Shown here: piece by piece, positions 36,240 to 49,194 of the stretch
Numbering within the stretch: the first letter of the stretch is position 1
How the letters are laid out: each line of letters opens with the position of its first letter
DNA from: Squalus acanthias
Lineage: Eukaryota
DNA: 64,000 nt
Direction of reading: 5' to 3'
Assembly: GCA_030390025.1 (NCBI GenBank)
Contig: CM059431.1
Location: 113,338,001 to 113,402,000 of the forward strand
The notes under the pieces: generated by a model
What the model was told of the DNA's origin: nothing
Seen by the model: only the letters and a program-made list of their open reading frames with translations
The model's database searches: none
Made by a program: the position numbers and the translations under genes

Positions 36240-36840
36240 AAGGTTACTGTTCAGACCAGAGGGGTTGCAGTGTGCCTAGGAACAAGATGAGGTAGAGTTT
36301 TTCAAGCGTGCGTTGAGCTTCACTGGGTTGATGTATGAGGCTAATGACAGAGAGGTCAGAGTGGAAATGGGAAGGGGAGTTAGAGTGCCCAGCCATGGGT
36401 AGCTTGGGACAGAACAGAGGTCTTTAGCAAAGCAATCACCTAATCTGCATTTGCTCTCCTCAAGGTAGAAGAGACAACTCTGTGAGCAGCAAAGACAATA
36501 TATTAGATTGGAGGAAGTGCATGTAAATTCTGTCGGAAGGAATGTTTGGAGCCCTGGACAACTGTGTGGGAGAATGTGAATAGGCAATGTTGCATCTCCT
36601 GTATTTACACGGGAAGGTGTGGGGGAAGGCCAGCTGGAAATAGGGGTGGTGGAAGAGTGAAACAGGATATCATTGAGGGAATGATCACACTGGAAAGTGG
36701 TAAGAGAATGTGTTTGGTGGTGGGATCATGTTGTAGATGGCAGGAGACAAGTTGGTGAGGTGGTAGGTGATGACTGGAAGACCCTGTCATGATTGTGAGA
36801 AGTTGGGAAAGGAGTTGAAGTGAAGGTAGGGGGAATGGGT
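36240..36840 (-). mobile_element. Degenerate Penelope-like GIY-YIG fragment
   Basis: FTCTSSNLIYCLCCSQSCLFYLEESKCRLGD; similar to 10100-10760. Confidence 0.7.
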
Positions 36841-36842
36841 CT

Positions 36843-37300
36843 AAGCTGTGGCTCAGTGGGTAGCACACTTGCCTCTGAGTCAGAAGGTTGTGGGTTCAAG
36901 TACCCACTCCAGGGACTGGAACACATAAAGCTAGGCTGACACTCCAATGCAGTGCTGAGGGAGTGCTGCACCGTCGGAGGTGCTGTCTTTCGGATGAGAT
37001 GTTAAACCAAGGCCCCTTCTGCTCTCTCAGGTGGATGTAAAAGATCCCATGACGCTATTTTGAAAAAGAGCAGGTGAGTTCTCTCCGGTGTCCTGGGCCA
37101 ATATTTATCCCTCAACTAACATAACAAAAACAGATTATCTGGTCATTATCACATTGCTGTTTGTGGGAGCTTGCTGTGTGCAAATTGGCTGCCGCATTTC
37201 CCACATTACAACAGTGACTCCACTTCAAAAAGTACTTCATTGGCTGTAAAGTGTTTTGGGACGTCCGGTGGTCATGAAAGGCGCTATATAAATGCAAGTA
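36843..37300 (+). mobile_element. Deu-domain SINE, full length
   Basis: tRNA-like head (tggctcagtggg...ggttcaagt), Deu core, tail aaaggcgctatataaatgcaag. Confidence 0.85.
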
Positions 37301-37306
37301 AGTAAG

Positions 37307-37386
<80 letters not shown>

Positions 37387-37417
37387 TCCTTTCCTTTTCT
37401 TTTCTTTTCTTTCTTTC

Positions 37418-37491
<74 letters not shown>

Positions 37492-37492
37492 C
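37307..37492. repeat. (TTTC)n microsatellite expanded from the SINE tail
   Basis: Read directly; central irregular segment. Confidence 0.97.
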
Positions 37493-39300
37493 TCCCAGTC
37501 CAAGACCCTGTTAACATAAGCAGAAAGGAATTTCATGTGAACAAACTTTTTAAAACCACCGTTTCACTGCATTTCAGAGTACAAATCAGACCCAATCTTA
37601 CTAAATTTCAATTTCTGATCTGTAGCATGTAGGAACAATTTATGCATTTCAGACAGGTGCAGATTCACCAGGCTCACCTCTGGTTTCAAACCTGGACATA
37701 TGCCATTGTAACCTCACTTAGGACTTGTTTCAAAATCCCGCCTGTACAATCGCCAAATATTTTGATTTGCCTAATGCTAGACTTGTAACATTTTGATTCA
37801 TGCACTCTGCCCTGTTTTTTCCATGTGGCCAACATTTCAAATGTATATGTTAAGGACCCAGCTGACCACTTGTTCCTGAGGAGAGGTTGTAGAAAGAGCA
37901 ATGTTCCCCTCCGTCTCCCTGTGAAGATTTAAAATCCTGAGGCCTGGATTCTCAGTGGAACCTGGATCTTCAGTCAATTGGGTCTCAATGTAACCTTGGT
38001 GTTATTAGTATTTTAAACAGTGTTGACTGGCATTAGGGAAGAGTTGAAATTCTCGAGGGCAGGTTTCGACCTATTTGTTAGGTTTTGCCCCAGTAGACTC
38101 AGATCAACTAGATTTACCCTGTAATTTAGATTTTATTTTTTCAAAATGGAGGGAATAATCTTTTTATTTTATTAAGACAGACATTATGTTCACCAGATAT
38201 TTAAAATTCAAATTTGTAAATAATTACAAAGGGCTTACACATTTGTCATCAAATATAACGGCAGGTATATTGTAACAAAATAAGTCCTTTACTGTGTGAC
38301 TTTTATATATAGAAAATGGTGATTTTAATACATTAGGTGCAGTTTTGAAATAAACATTGGAATTAAATCTCATTGGTTGTCCTGCTATATAAACCCACAG
38401 AGTGACATTGCAAACAGTGCTAATTTAAGTGAAAATATCAATTTTTCAATCAATGAAATTAAAATTTTCAGTTTTTCCCAATATGATATGAAGTTGTAAT
38501 CATTGAGAATATCTCACATGGAGCCTAATTTTCTGGTGCTAATACGATATTTTGGCCCAGACCTGCCACAATTTAGAAACAAACGCTGATCCCAAAAGCT
38601 CCGTAGGTAAATGTGCAGCATGCTGTGCTCCTCATCCTTACAGTCCAGAAAAGTTGCTGGTTTGATCCCTAATCTACACTGAGTAATTGATCTCAATCAG
38701 CCCTAGGGCTCGAGAGAATAATCTACCTGATTGTAGTGAATAATGCTGGCAAGTAGACGCATGTGCATTTCCGATGAGGTCCGGGTCAGGCCCTTGTAAT
38801 AACTCATGTCGTTAAATACCAGTTCTCCTTCAAAGCTCACACATGATGAATGACAACTTAGGTGAGATACTGTATTAGTTAGAGAGGAGGAGTAAAGGAG
38901 AAAATTTGGTGGAAAAGTAATTGAGAAATTGATCAGTGCATTAGCGATCTCTTGACTTTCGTTCTGCTCCCTCCCCCATTACTCTTATCTTCCCAAATAA
39001 TTGGGAAAATAATGAGTAAAGAAGGCTTTGTTTATTTTGCTAATGGAAGTGATATGTTGAGCAGAAAAAAACAACTTTCTGCCTAAGCTCTATGTCACGG
39101 TGTTGCATTCGCAGATCATGTTCCAAACCCTACTGCTGCAAGTGTGGTGCTTTTGTTTAATGTGCTTTATTTGTGTCAGAGCTCTTTATTTAACACAAGG
39201 GCAAAAAGGAGAGACAATAGGCAATCGTGAGTGAATGCTTATGAAATTTTGAAAAACTATTTTGAGTTAATTAAGTTTTGACTAGTACGTTTGATTTTTT

Positions 39301-39825
39301 AACAACAACTTGCATTTATATAGCACCTTTAACATAGTAAAACATCCCAAGGCACTTCACAGGAGTGCTATTAAACAAAATTTGACACCGAGCCACATAA
39401 GGAGATATTAGGACAGATGACCAAAAGCTTGGTCAAAGAGGTAGGTTTTAAGGAGCGTCTTAAAGGAGGAGAGAAGTAGAGAGGCGGAGAGAGAGCGAGC
39501 GAGGCAGAGAGGTTTAGGGTGGGAATTCCAGAGTTTAGGCCTAAATGGTGGAGTGATTGAAATTGGGGATGCGCAAGAGGCCAGAAATGGAGGAGCGCAG
39601 AGATCTCAGAGGGTTGTAGGGCTGGAGGAGGTTACAGAGATAGGGAGGGGCGAGGCCATGGAGGGATTTGAACAGGAGGATGAGAATTTTTAAATTGAGG
39701 CATTGCCAGACTGGGAGGCAATGTAGATCAGCGAGCACAGGGGTGATGGGTGAACGGGACTTGATGGGAGTTAGGATACGGGCAGCAGAGTTTTGGATGT
39801 GCTTAAGTTTATGTAGAGTGGAAGC
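39301..39825 (-). mobile_element. L2-type LINE 3' fragment
   Basis: ORF 39541..39738 LADLHCLPVWQCLNLKILILLFKSLHGLAPPYL, typical of the L2 ORF2 C-terminus; (AAC)n at the left end. Confidence 0.8.
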
Positions 39826-39974
39826 CTAACTATTAACCAAACTATAAACATTCAGCTGTTGAGTCTGGGCTTAAGTCAATCCCAGGCCCCAGAGGTAAAA
39901 GGATAGCATTCTCACCCACCCAATCACCCAGTTGCAGAGGAGATTGAAACCATTAAACAATGAAGATGAACAGT

Positions 39975-41717
39975 GGCCGAAGTTTTCCAGGGTGATAGCG
40001 GGTGGGAATGGAGGTGGGTCGGGTGGGAACCCGCCATCATCCTGCCTCCACGCACCTTTCCCATGGGCATGTTTGCTGGTGCGGCAGCAACCCAACCGGC
40101 AGAGGCGGGCGACCTTATTGAAATCATTATCATGGAACTTTACAGGCACTTAAATCACCCTACATTTTAAATTTCCCTGCACGGCCACGGGATTCACACA
40201 GCTCGGGAAGCACGTCTGTCAACCTGAGGCGGGAGTTCCGTGGCCATTGCTCCAGCTGATTACTTGACAGCATCAAATGTACAGTAAAAGCTACCACCTG
40301 ACAGATGATCACTTTCCTCAGACAGAAGCTGTTGCTCAGTCCATTTCCAGCACAGATTCTGCAGGCTGCAAGTCTTTCCAGCAAAGTCTCCATCCAGTCT
40401 CACCTCATTGGAAGAACTCACTCACCATTGACAGAATGCTTCTGTCATCTGTACTTCACCTGCCATCTATTCCATCAACATGGGTGCCCTTTATACTGTC
40501 TCACCTTGGTCCTGAGAATCAGACCACGATGAGCCCCAACATCAGCAGCACCAGGCACACCAGCAGCACCAACAACACCAACTTTCTCCGCAATCACCTG
40601 ATGCTGCACAGGACAGAGGGCATCAGTACCCGAGCATATTGCTGCCCTGGAGGCCAGGGATGGCCTCATCATGGCCAGATTTAGTTAACTGTACACCCAT
40701 ATGGCTGCCATTTGATGCGCCAGGTTGGCACCACCCCACACCAACACCATAAAGCATCCCTACAATGCCCAAGCCATTCCTTTTACACTCATCACCATTG
40801 TGGGAGGTACCGTTATGTCTCACCAGTCACTGGAACTCACTAAGCCACTTCCAAAGGTGCACACAAATCTGTCCAAGACTGGAAAGTGTTGAAAATAAAG
40901 ATTCTTATGTTTGACACCACATTAACAGAAACTTTACATAAACATTGGGTAAAACACTGAAGTAGCTACCCTTGTGTATTGTTAGTTGGTATAATTGCAC
41001 TAGGAGGAGGGTGAGTGTGAGGGGTGGCTAGTGAGATGGGGATGTGATAATGTAGATAGAGAGAGAGGGATGGGTGGAGGTGCAAGGTAAATTGGCGTGA
41101 GTAAGGATGTGCAGGAGTAGGGATGGGAAGGCAGAGTGATGGGGACATGATGAGAGGCACAGCAGGATGAAGTTGAGTGTGGCTTTGTACTAACGTTTCC
41201 TGATCTAATGAGATCATTGGAACATTTGTGACACTGCACCCAGGTCTTCCTGAACACATCACTCTTTGTGACCTCCGCTGCAATCTCCAACCAGGCTGTT
41301 TTGGTCTTCTGGGGAGGTCTCTTCCGCCCATCGGAAGGGAAGAGGACCTCACTGTGTGCTGTGACTCCCTCCATAACCATACGCATATGGAGGGAGTCAT
41401 CGGAGAACCTCTGCCGCTGTGCAGTCATTGTCAGTGTTTGCAGCACTCCAATGCTGTAGTGCACTGACAGCACTATGTTAGATTAAACGTCAAATCTAAT
41501 TTGGCCATGGTCCCTTTAAAGATTCCAGCTGAAAACACGTCATGAATGACGTCACTAGACTCGCCACTTAATTGGGCCGGGTAACGCATTGGGCGGGCTT
41601 AATAGGCCTTATTAATGTAAGTTCGTTTTCAGCAGTGGGATGGAGCCAGCAGCGGGGTCATGACCCGCCATGGCCACCGCCCACACCGGACCTACCCAGG
41701 TGGGCAAAATTCCAGCC
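39975..41717. mobile_element. Non-autonomous Harbinger (family D copy 2, 1743 bp)
   Basis: Termini GGCCGAAGTTTT / AAAATTCCAGCC; AGT on both flanks; transposase 5' relic at about 40480-40630 (+) and Myb exon 1 relic at about 41430-41195 (-). Confidence 0.85.
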
Positions 41718-41997
41718 AGTGTGTCTGTTACACATCGCTAGTTAATGAAAGAGCTCTTCTAGTTTTTGTGAAAGAGAGATGATGTCCAGCAACTTCTGTT
41801 TTTTAAATTATACTTTTCCAAAGCTTTACCTTACAATTTTAAGGCAGCATTGCCTCACAGATGTCTGTCATGCTTTTTTCGTTGAATGCACTACGCACCA
41901 AAAAAATAAAAAATTGACTTCAATCCATTTTGGAGAGCTTTATATCTTTTATATATTGTAGATTGAAGTCTTGAGCGTTACGTTTTGTTCGAATTGG

Positions 41998-42820
41998 TGC
42001 AGATGGGGTATAATGTGGGAAAATGTGAAGTTGTTCATTTTGACAGGAAGAATATAAAAGAAGCACATTATCTAAATGGTGAGAGATTGCAGAGCTCTGA
42101 GATGCAGAGGGATCTGGGTGTTCTAGTGCATGAATCACAAAAGGTTACTATGCAGGTACAGCAAGTAATTAGGAAAGCTAATAGAATGTTATTGTTTATT
42201 GCGAGGGGAATTGAATACAAAAGTAGGGAGGTTATGCTTCAGTTATACAGGGCATTGGTGAGACCACATCTGGAGTACTGTGTACAGTATTGGTCTCCTT
42301 ATTTAAGGAAGGATGTAAATGCGTTGGAAGCAGTTCAGAGAAGGTTTACTAGACTAATAGCTGGAATGGGCGGGTTGTCTTATGAGGACAGGTTGGACAG
42401 GCTAGGCTTGTATCCGCTGGAGTTTAGAAGAGTAAGAGGTGACTTGATTGAAACATATAAGATCCTGAGAGGTCTGGACAGGGTGGATGTGGAGAAGATT
42501 TTTCCTCTTGTGGGAGAATCTAGAACTAGGGGTCACTGTTTAAAAATAAGGGGTCGCCCATTTAAGACAGAGATGAGGAGAAATTTTTTCTCACAGAGGG
42601 TCGTGAGTCTTTGGAACTCTCTTCCTCAGAGGGCAGTGGAAGCAGAGTCTTTGAATATTTTTAAGGCAGAGGTAGATAGATTCTTGGTAAGCAAGGGGGT
42701 GAAAAGTTATCGGGGGTAGGCGGGAATGTGGAGTAATTAGATCAGCCATGATCTCGTTGAATGGCGGAGCAGGCTCGAAGGGCCGAGTGGCCTACTCCTG
42801 TTCCTAATTCGTATGTTCGT
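41998..42820 (+). mobile_element. CR1/HER1-like LINE, 5'-truncated (RT C-terminus and 3' UTR)
   Basis: ORF 41985..42719 RDLGV...LYRALVRPHLEYCVQYWSP...RGDLIETYKI...VVSLWNSLP. Confidence 0.9.
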
Positions 42821-45800
42821 ATATATGTTATATTTGCCCCACTTCATAGCCAATAGTGGTGGGTAGCACCTTACAAAAAATTATAAAAGAAAGAGTTCAA
42901 TAATTTGTGCTATAAAAATCATTGAAATAGGTCATGTTTCATAAACAATTTTTGGTACAGAACCCACTTTAGTGATAAACTTTAAAAAGCGTAACATTTA
43001 TTTCCAGCTTTTAGAACAGTATATGTCTGTTTATAGCAATTTGGTTTGAAAATGGGAGATAGCAGTCTTGTCTTTTTTTTTCCAGATGTGGCGACTTCAG
43101 ACATGTTACTGAAGGGCTCACGAGGATAATAACAAATAATCCCTTTATATCTACAGAGAGTTTCATGCTATTGTATGTATGCCGAGACACTAAGGCTTCT
43201 TTTGAAGGTTTCTTTTTTTTTGCTGGCATTAATTCTGGAGAACGAATTTAATCCTTTTTTTCATCACAGCAACAGTGGTATGTCTGATGCATTGAAGCAT
43301 CTTACTGACGCCTACTTGACCTTGTTTAGTCTGCGGCAAGAGGCAGGGTTGGATGGCATTGGTTTGAGTGTACACAAATACACAGGAAATAACTGAACAG
43401 TACTACTTCTGTATACAGTGAGAGTCGTTTTCCATGTAATTTGTCAGGATAGACAAAGTATTGTTTACAGCCAAGCTTCCATAGATCATGAAATGACTCA
43501 GCAAATACTTTGTCAGGAAGAAATTCTGACTTTGCTCTCATTCATTGGACATATATTTATGCATCTAGTTTTGTTTTGTAAAAATTGTCAAGCAAATTGT
43601 TTTATTCCCATTGCCTAAATTCATCTTTCTTTATATAGCATAGTCAACTGTATTAGCTCGTAACTCAAATATTCTTTACATATTCTATATTCCTCCTATT
43701 CTAGTTCTGTTCTTTTTTAAAAAAAAACTCTTCCCTACCATAAGTCTGGTCTACTTATTATAATCGTTTATAGATTTAACCCATCTCTATGTTCTGTCTC
43801 CTACTCTTGCTGTCCACTTTAGCTATGGAGCAAATCTTTATATTAAAACAAAGATTATTGGCTGGAAAGCAGCTTTAAAGGGCTGCCTTCCAGCCAATCA
43901 CAAGGTCAAATTCTGACTAGTGACATGGTCACACCATAGAACTGACCACATCAACCTCTGATGAGCAGACTGCATGCAAATTAGGACCTGCTGCTGGCAA
44001 ATAATAAATTCAATAGCAGGCGCTACAGTCCAACAACATCCTGATGTGGAAGATCGTTTGTGACGTTCAAAGGGTTAATAATGTGCTGCTTTTCATTAAA
44101 ATTTTGCTTTTTGGTCAGTGCACTGGAATGCTGATGTGCTATGGCATGGTAGACTGAAGATTCTCTGTCAAAGAAAGGACATTTTGTTTAGATAAATTAT
44201 TAATACTTGCTATTATTCAAATATCTTATTGCTGCAATTAAATGGTTGCAAATCATATTAATGTTTGTTCAGGAAGAGACATTACACTGTACAAAATATT
44301 TCATATTCCATTGATTAAAAAAAACAAATTCTACACTTGATTGATGTGATTATCGGTTACATAACGCCATGTAATGAAAGTCAGTTGAATATCTCTGCTC
44401 TGCAACTGCAGATAGCAGTCTCAACTCTCGATCAGAATCTTGTGCGTCCAAACCCCACAACAAAGCTTGAGTTAGGTTGTATCGGATAAGTTGCCCTTTG
44501 GAAGAGACATTAAAACGCGGTTCCATCTGGAAGGTGTTAAATGTTCTGAGATACTATTCGAAGAAGAGCAGGGTAGTTCTTGACCGCACTCCTTTCTGAA
44601 CCAACCAGTTATTCATCACATGATTGTTATGGGATGTTGCTGGTTCAGTGTTTGCCTGCATGACAATGGTCTTGGCAATTGACGTTTCAACGGGAAAGAT
44701 GCTAAATTAAGAAAAAAAAAATTTGCATTTACATAGTGCCTTTATCATCTTTAGGATGTTCCAAAGTGCTTCACAGTCAAGTCAATATGAGCATTATATA
44801 TTATTGAAATAATTTTTAATATTTTCTTTAACTGTCTGGTACATGTCGGCCATTTCTTTTCAAATACAAAAATATAACTTCTACCCAACTGTTGGAAAGG
44901 TGTTACAAGCACTTTGATTCCAATTATTGTTGGTGCCATTTAGAATTCAAAAGTGCTTAAGGTTTAATTTGGAAAACAAAGACTAAACTGACACTTTTTT
45001 AAATTTGTTATTTTGAAAAGTAATTATTTTTTTCAATACAACCTCTTTCTAGTAACCGAATACTCCCTGAAGAATAACGTTTTTGACATTGCATATGTAT
45101 TCAGCTTCTTCAATAACTAAACTGCTTTACTTTTCAATGGAACTTTGATTTAGAAAATAGCCACATTAAATGTTTAAAAAAAAAACATAATTACAGTGCA
45201 CCCAAGCAGTTTCAATGGGTCGATTAAATCTTTTAATTCTTGCACTTAATGGTTAAAGAAATTTTCAGTCTTCTTACTGAAGAAAAATAAATAAACCTTG
45301 AAATAAAGATTAAGCTACAGTGTGATTGGACAGCATGTAAGAGCATAAGAATGTAACAAATGAAAGATATATTTGAAGTACATGTTACTCTCTGTTTCTC
45401 TTCCTCTGCCGTTTAGTTTTCTCACTACAAACACACGTATCCAAATGTTTCTACTGGCACGGCTCTCTTGCCCTCTTGCAAACCATTTCCTTTTGCAAGC
45501 ACTTCAATGTCCGTCACATAACCACTTGCTTAGCTGAGCATGAAACGTCAGCCAGCATTCAATTTGGATCACTGTAAATGAATAGCGGCCTGAAGTGTCT
45601 GGAAACATCTAAAGCAAAGCTGAGAAGGATGTGATGAATTAAAATGTTGACTTGGGTCTTTCTTTTCAGATTGGGGGACCAGATTACGCAGAGAAAGTCT
45701 TATGTAAATGATGCTTTTGACACGTAACATTGAGGCCTAGCAATCCTTCCTTGGAAATTATTTCAATCTTGGCCTTTTTTTTAAATGAATCTGCAAGAAA

Positions 45801-45992
45801 GAGCAATTTTGTACCTGCAATTTTTGGAATATTAAATTAATTTGAATTCACACACCATTCACCAAATGGTCGGAACATACCAACAATAATCCTGCTGAAG
45901 CACCAATTAATGAGCAAAGGACAAAGCGATTAACTGATATGAGACATGCCTTTTCTGGGGATCCGACCGTAAAGGAAGGAAATTTGGTCAGA

Positions 45993-46180
45993 ATGGAGGA
46001 GGGAAGATCTGGAGGCAAAGCCTGCTTCACGCAGGAAGCCCTGCAGGCTTTCTTTTGATGGTGTGAGGAAGCACTAAATTGGACTTTATGGAGTTGAAGG
46101 GGAGCACACCAATAATCAAGTGGTACGCCAGGTGTGGGAAGAGGTCACGGAGATTGTGTCGCCTACCAGCTGCACTTAGA
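45993..46180 (+). pseudogene. Highly degenerate Harbinger Myb/SANT exon 1 relic
   Basis: Hand translation MEEGRSGGKACFTQEALQAF...DGVR...VVRQVWEEVTEIVSPTSC resembles RFTERALDALVGAV...RRVWREVAQSVSSRS. Confidence 0.45.
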
Positions 46181-46714
46181 CTGAAGTATGAACTTAAGAA
46201 AAGTACAAGAGTAATCCATGAATACTGATGTGAATGTCCTGAGCAACCTACACATAGACATCACACAAAGTCGCAGATTAGCAAGTCTATGCCTAAATAG
46301 TGACACTCACAAAACATTTAAAACAAAATGAGTTCAGTTGAAGCCACTAAAGGAGGCAATGAATGTAATAAGAAGCCCATAAAATATACATATGATATGA
46401 TGGGTGATGCAGATGTAAGGCTAAATAGCCATAGGCCCAACAAGAACTCTTAATAATTCAGCAAGCAATGTACCATTGCAACTAGAAAATTGATAGTAAT
46501 GGTATTGGATCATGTATGACAACATAGAGCGTGCGCAGCAGAATTCCATTATATTAATGTTCCACAATGACATTCTCTTGTTATCCTTACAGCGACAAAA
46601 ACTTAACATTTCTATAATACTCCACACATGCAGAAAAATATCTCCAAGCGCTTACTTTATGGATGAAAAGAAATTGTGGGCATCAAGCAGGAAGGGAATG
46701 GTGAAAATTGAAGA

Positions 46715-47110
46715 TTAGGGTGGGGGCGTAAAGAAATGGAAGAAGGGAATTACTTTAAGGATGTTTTTGAAAGCAGGGAGGGAGGCAGCAAGCTGGAGGA
46801 TGGCAGGGGTAAAGTGGCTGAATGAGGGACCACCAATAGTGGAACAGGGATAAGGGAAAGCTGGTATCAGAGAAACCCAGAATACGATCATGAAGATATG
46901 ATAAGACAAGATCGTGGAGAGAATTGAAAGTGAGGAGAATAATTTTGAAGTTAACTTGCTGGGGCACAGAGAGCCAGGGGAGTTTGGAGAGAATGAGGGC
47001 AATGGCACTGTGTGGGTGAGGACGCAGGCTGTTGCGGTTTGGATGAGTTGAACCTTCCAAGAGAAACTCATGTTCAAGAGTATGAGGACGTGTGGTGATG
47101 CGCCACAGTT
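46715..47110 (-). mobile_element. Old L2-type LINE fragment
   Basis: KLPWLSVPQQVNFKIILLTFNSLHDL resembles the 39541..39738 peptide. Confidence 0.55.
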
Positions 47111-47340
47111 GAGAGCCCTTACCACCAAAGAGGGCACTTGCAGACATCAAGAAAGCCATAAAGGGCTGGAAGGATGGTGACGCTCATGGACGGAGCCAAA
47201 CTGCTGGTTTGGAGCATGATGTTTTGCATACTGTTGCATTGCTAAGCGTTGTTAGAATCATCTGGAGACAGATGGTGAATTAGCAGTGCTTGCAAGAAAG
47301 CACATACTGACTGCTGCAGCCAAATTGTTAACAGAATCTA

Positions 47341-48035
47341 GGGCCGGAATTTTCCCCTAAAAAAACGGGTGGGTTTGGAGCATGGAGGCAGTTAAAGTGT
47401 TAAAAATGGGATTCCCGAACTGATCCTGCCTCCAACCCGCCCACATCCGGTTTTGCTGGAGACGGGACGGGGGGGCGAGCGACCAACCCGCTGCCAGGGG
47501 GCGTTACTTCAATTTAAATATTGTAATGAGGCTGGAAGCCTCTTTTTCCCCCATCCATTTTGTGTCTAACTGCCTGTCGATGGGATCACACAATTCGTGA
47601 AACCCGGCAGTTAAAGCGAGGCGGGGACCGCTGCATCCAGGGGCTAAGTGGCTTTATACCTACCTCCTGGATCCAGGGTCCCTGCCTAACCCAGCCTCTG
47701 AGATCAGAGCACCCCCCCCACCATGAAGCCTCCGATCGCCTTCCCAGGCCTCTGATGCCCACCATGAGGCCTTCCCCAACCCCCCACCCCAGACCTTCCC
47801 AACCCCCTCACAACGATGATAATGAGGCCAGCCACGATCATCCAGTGGCCAGCCCCGATCCTCTCTTTCCCCCCCCCCCCACCCCGCCGCTCCCTGACCT
47901 TGGTCGATTCTCTCCCCTCCCCCCGCCGATCCCCGACCCCGGCCGATTGGCGACCCCCCTCCCGCAATCTCTCCCCCGGACCGGCCCCTCGCTTCTGAGG
48001 CCTACCTGCCTGCATTCAGCCAGCCTCTCAATCTG
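47341..48035. mobile_element. Harbinger-type terminus and GC-rich subterminal arm; partner end not found
   Basis: Begins GGGCCGGAATTTT followed by cccgcc/gcggg-rich sequence like elements B, C and D. Confidence 0.5.
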
Positions 48036-48282
48036 CCTCCCTTGAAATAAATATATAGCATCTCTTCTGATAGCATTGCAACAACACAGGAAAAGTGAAG
48101 CTGGTCCCTCACATCAATAAGACTGTACATGAAAAGGCCTTGCTTTAGATCAGTAAGATGCTGTCCCAAGGCTAGAACTGGCATCACAGCACACAGTGTC
48201 AATACTTGCACTTAAAGCAAGTGTCAGCATAGAGACACATACCCGTTAGAATGTATTCAATGAGTTTGAGGAGGGATTGCAT

Positions 48283-48797
48283 CATGAAGGATATATTGGC
48301 CTTGGAGGGAGTGCAGAGTAGGTTTACCAGAATGATACCCGGACTCCAGGGGTTAAATTACGAGGCCATTTTGCACAAACTAGGGTTGTATTCCCTGGAA
48401 TTTAGAAGGTTAAGGGGTGATTTGATCGAAGTTTTCAGATATTAAGGGGAACAAATAGGGTAGATAGAGAGAAACTATTTCCGCTGGTTGGGGATTCTTG
48501 GACTAAGGGGCATTGTCTAAAAATTAGAGCCAGACCTTTCAGGAGTGAAATTAGGAAGCACTTCTACACGCAATGGGTGGTAGAAATTTGGAACTCTCTT
48601 CAGCAAATGGCAATTGATGCTAGATCAATTGTTAATTTTAAATCTGAGATTGATAGCTTTTTGTTAACCAAAGGTATTAAGGGATATGGGACCAAAGGCA
48701 GGTATGTGGAGTTAGGTCGCAGATCAGCCATGATCTCATTGAATGGTGGAACAGGCTCGAGGGGCTGAATGCCCTCCTCCTGTTCCTATGTTCCTAT
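48283..48797 (+). mobile_element. CR1-like LINE 3' fragment
   Basis: KDILALEGVQSRFTRMIPG...RGDLIEVF; tail tgttcctatgttcctatg; close to 62605-63062. Confidence 0.88.
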
Positions 48798-49194
48798 GAA
48801 CAAGAGACCATGCTGGTGGCCAGAGAAGAGCAGGCTGTTACTAGGAGGAAGCCCATTATATCGACCTACCCTATTGCATCGTTTTGGGATTCAGACCTCC
48901 TTGGGCCAACTTTTTAAATAGCTGATGAAGTACAATATGTACATCAGCTGCTGGAATCCAGTGATGGCCGAGTGTGAGAAGTGGAAAGGTTAATGCTGGT
49001 GCAGTGGGAGCTGCCCTTCTGAGCTTGGGACTAAATGCATTTTTGAGGCTGTTTGAGGGAGCTTTTTTCTGCAGTTCTCTGTGATACACCTGATTTGGGA
49101 TTGTTTGATGCTGACGCTAATTGCCAAAAATGAAGCAACTTCCACTCTCCAGCACGGACATTTTTTTACCAAAATTCATCCTAAAACAATGAAT

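Noticed and set aside
37237..37536. KERK-repeat and FFLS-repeat ORFs
   Set aside because: Translations of the (TTTC)n microsatellite
47560..48045. Pro/Gly-rich ORFs (also 52021-52760)
   Set aside because: Arise from C- or G-rich low-complexity transposon arms; no domain signal
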